From a virus (Duplodnaviria; Caudoviricetes): a stretch of DNA of 56,859 bases. The stretch lies in IMG/VR virus record IMGVR_UViG_3300031949_000044, positions 1 to 56,859 of that record, one strand, 5' to 3'. This document shows, one piece after another, positions 54,703-56,859 of the stretch. A program made the translations under genes and the position numbers. Each line of letters opens with the position of its first letter. The stretch's first letter is position 1. The notes beneath the pieces were generated by a model. That model did not search any database. It worked only from the letters and a program-made list of their open reading frames with translations, and was not told the origin of the DNA.

Positions 54703-55008
54703 TCAGTCTCCCCCCGGGGGAGGGGGTGAGTCAATGGTCTGAGGGAACAGTGTCCGACATGAGCTGAAACGCCACGTACACGGATCGCTTGGTGGATACA
54801 GTGCCCAGACCGCTTCCTCCTGAAAGTCCAACAGATCCGCCCATGGTCGAGTGGCCCGCCACCTCTTCAGGTCAAACCAGCCATGCCGGTGATCGGCCGT
54901 GGTGAACACGAAGACATAGCCGCCATTGCCGTTCGCGTGCACGATCTCCAGGCCAGTGGTCAGAGCGATGCGTCGTAGCCACCGAGGCCCTAAGGGACGG
55001 AATCCCAT
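54703..55008 (-). CDS. Hypothetical protein
   Basis: 101-aa ORF in the operon. Confidence 0.5.
   Translation of the reverse strand: MGFRPLGPRWLRRIALTTGLEIVHANGNGGYVFVFTTADHRHGWFDLKRWRATRPWADLLDFQEEAVWALYPPSDPCTWRFSSCRTLFPQTIDSPPPPGGD
54705..54734 (-). promoter_or_regulatory. Promoter-like element carrying the CCCCCGGGGGAGGGG spacer motif
   Basis: TTGACT-N18-GAGACT. Confidence 0.5.
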
Positions 55009-55010
55009 GA

Positions 55011-55262
55011 TCAGTCAACCAGTCTGCGAAGTGTCTCGTCGTGCTCGGTGAGGATCTCTCCCAAGATCCGTTCGAACTCTGGGTCTTGGTCGTTGACCAC
55101 TAGTTCCGTAGACACCGGCATGGTGGAACTGCACGCGGCCATCTGAGCGGCCACCAGCTTCGCTTCCCGGACGTTTGGTGCCTCGACCATGACCTTCCGG
55201 TACTCGTGGACGCGGGGAGGGTATGCGAGGGCTACACCGACGATGATCGAGTAGACAGCCAT
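55011..55262 (-). CDS. Hypothetical protein
   Basis: AGGAG RBS. Confidence 0.55.
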   Translation of the reverse strand: MAVYSIIVGVALAYPPRVHEYRKVMVEAPNVREAKLVAAQMAACSSTMPVSTELVVNDQDPEFERILGEILTEHDETLRRLVD

Positions 55263-55272
55263 GTCACTCCTC

Positions 55273-55455
55273 TCAGGTCTCCCAGAAGATCACGATCAGG
55301 ATGAACCAAATGGTAGAGACCAGGATCTGGCTGGCCGCATCCTCGCGACTAATCGGCTTTCGCGGCTTGTCGATGATGGACACCGAGTACAGAGCCCTGA
55401 TCGCGAACGTGAGGAGCAGAAGCCACTTGAAGATCACTGAGGCCAGTTCCATCAT
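55273..55455 (-). CDS. Two-TM membrane protein
   Basis: Two hydrophobic segments flanking KPRKP. Confidence 0.6.
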   Translation of the reverse strand: MMELASVIFKWLLLLTFAIRALYSVSIIDKPRKPISREDAASQILVSTIWFILIVIFWET

Positions 55456-55742
55456 CCCTCCCTGCCCGGCCCAGGGAAGTTGACCTCGCCCGGGACACGC
55501 TTGGACTTGAGGAGATGCTCCCCGAAGCGCTCCGGTTCCGGCACCGAGTACACCGTCTTGTCCCGGGCTCGTTCGGCCAGAGTCTTCTCCCAGCGACGAG
55601 CGGCCCTGCGGTACATGCGCTTGGCGCCACGGAGGGTTGCAGTCACACCGACGATGTCCCCCTCCGGATCCCAGACGCTGTATGGCAGGTGGTACCAGCG
55701 CCCGTCATCTCGTTCAATCGTCCAGTTGCCTCGCTTGTCCAC
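55452..55742 (-). CDS. Hypothetical protein
   Basis: GGGAG RBS; coupled to the next gene. Confidence 0.55.
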   Translation of the reverse strand: MDKRGNWTIERDDGRWYHLPYSVWDPEGDIVGVTATLRGAKRMYRRAARRWEKTLAERARDKTVYSVPEPERFGEHLLKSKRVPGEVNFPGPGREG

Positions 55743-55754
55743 TCCCGTCTCCCT

Positions 55755-56009
55755 TCATCGGTCAGCTTCGGACACCAGCCGCCGGACCGTGGACTCGGTC
55801 ATCCCGAGCATGTCGGCCAACTGGATGTAGGTGAACGTGGTGCTGGTCTTCGCGTCCCTGGCAGCGTCTCGCCGTTCGGCCCGGACGATGGGGAGTTCCT
55901 CCTGTAACCAGCTCATCACTCTGGTCCAGGCCATCGTCCGGGCTACCGGGTCGGTGATCTGTGCGACCTCGTCCATGATCGCGTCCAGCTTGGCTATGTA
56001 GTCGAGCAT
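55755..56009 (-). CDS. Small HTH DNA-binding protein
   Basis: TYIQLADMLGMTESTVRRL. Confidence 0.7.
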   Translation of the reverse strand: MLDYIAKLDAIMDEVAQITDPVARTMAWTRVMSWLQEELPIVRAERRDAARDAKTSTTFTYIQLADMLGMTESTVRRLVSEADR

Positions 56010-56050
56010 CGTGGGCTCCTTGCCGGTGCGGGGATCTACCAGTCAGTAGA

Positions 56051-56350
56051 TCACACCCCGGGGGGTCCCGGCGAGCATTCGTCTTCGTTCTCCGGACCCA
56101 CATACCAGGCCCAGGTGTGACATTGTCCGCCCTTCCATCCTGACACCGCCTTGAACGATCCGGCTGGACGGTAGGCCGCGATCGAGGCGGATTTTATCCT
56201 CGAATCCAGCGGTACGGATCCGATGTCTATGAGCGCGGACTGTCGGGGTCGACTCTTGAGTTGCTCAGCCACGTAGGAGTGTGTGATCACCCTTCTTGGT
56301 GGCCCGTACAGCTCAGCGGGTGGCTCCTCCCACTTGATGATGCCGATCAC
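56051..56350 (-). CDS. Hypothetical protein
   Basis: IKWEEPP...WAWYVG; GTG start inferred. Confidence 0.5.
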   Translation of the reverse strand: MIGIIKWEEPPAELYGPPRRVITHSYVAEQLKSRPRQSALIDIGSVPLDSRIKSASIAAYRPAGSFKAVSGWKGGQCHTWAWYVGPENEDECSPGPPGV

Positions 56351-56435
56351 TTGAAGAACACGTACGTGACGACCACGAACGAGACCAGGTCGGCCACGAT
56401 GAACACGACCCAGCAGGCGACCTGAACCCAGCGCC

Positions 56436-56747
56436 TCATCCGCGCACCTCCGTGGTGACCATGGGAGGCAGCTCGGACTCCTTGGCTCCCAGTCCGGCCT
56501 CCACGCACACGGCATGAGCCACCGCGTAGAAGAACGCGTCCAGGGAGACCACCTCCTCGGCCACGAGGAACTGGACCCGGGTCGCCACCTTGGCGACGGC
56601 CAACTCGAACGAGGTCTCCCCGGCCAAGATCTTGGCGGCATCCACCAACTGTCCCCAGTTGTGCCCGGATGCCCGGACGTTCTGGTCGAGTTGTTCCACG
56701 TCCTCAGGAGCTACCTCGAATCCTTCTCCACCACACGTATCACACAT
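56436..56747 (-). CDS. Hypothetical protein (first gene of the right arm)
   Basis: AGGGGAG RBS; CDTCGG N-terminus. Confidence 0.55.
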   Translation of the reverse strand: MCDTCGGEGFEVAPEDVEQLDQNVRASGHNWGQLVDAAKILAGETSFELAVAKVATRVQFLVAEEVVSLDAFFYAVAHAVCVEAGLGAKESELPPMVTTEVRG

Positions 56748-56859
56748 CCTAGATCCACATCTCCCCTCTACTTAGTCTACTGTTCCTAGGCCCCATCAGG
56801 CCCTGGTGTCCGGGATCCACGACCCCCCGGAGCCAAGAGGCCAGGAGCAACCTGCCCGC

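Larger units (their letters stand above)
1..56859. mobile_element. Tailed actinobacteriophage genome (siphovirus-like), nearly complete
   Basis: Complete head-tail-lysis operon, replication genes, dense small-ORF arms and no host housekeeping genes; no integrase recognised. Confidence 0.95.

Overview
The window is most or all of a GC-rich, tailed actinobacteriophage genome. The host is probably a filamentous actinomycete, inferred from a DUF397 gene, a WhiB gene and an LAxTG sortase substrate. A rightward virion and lysis operon (21.3-47.9 kb) encodes terminase, portal, MuF, protease, separate hexamer- and pentamer-type capsid proteins, tail genes, endolysin and holin. Leftward early arms encode a primase-helicase, Cas4-like exonuclease, SSB-like protein, MazG, AAA ATPase, resolvase, WhiB and many small ORFs. 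The standout feature is a lone RAMP/Cas7-like gene (3348-4190) with no CRISPR array and no cas operon. It is associated with four non-coding arrays (about 408-1357, 2322-3307, 4226-4931 and 11495-11888) of roughly 33-39-nt units. Each unit is a CGAC delimiter followed by about 6-7 pentamers of the form NNN-(C)C. All four arrays are C-rich on the inferred transcribed strand and end in a shared GAC-NNTCC-A motif. This looks like a phage-encoded, non-CRISPR RNA-guided system with a gapped pentamer code. A second oddity is five tRNA-like genes with normal acceptor, D and T arms but broken or expanded anticodon arms, four of them directly upstream of an RBS, plus a large structured ncRNA candidate. 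All calls are by eye; no searches were run.
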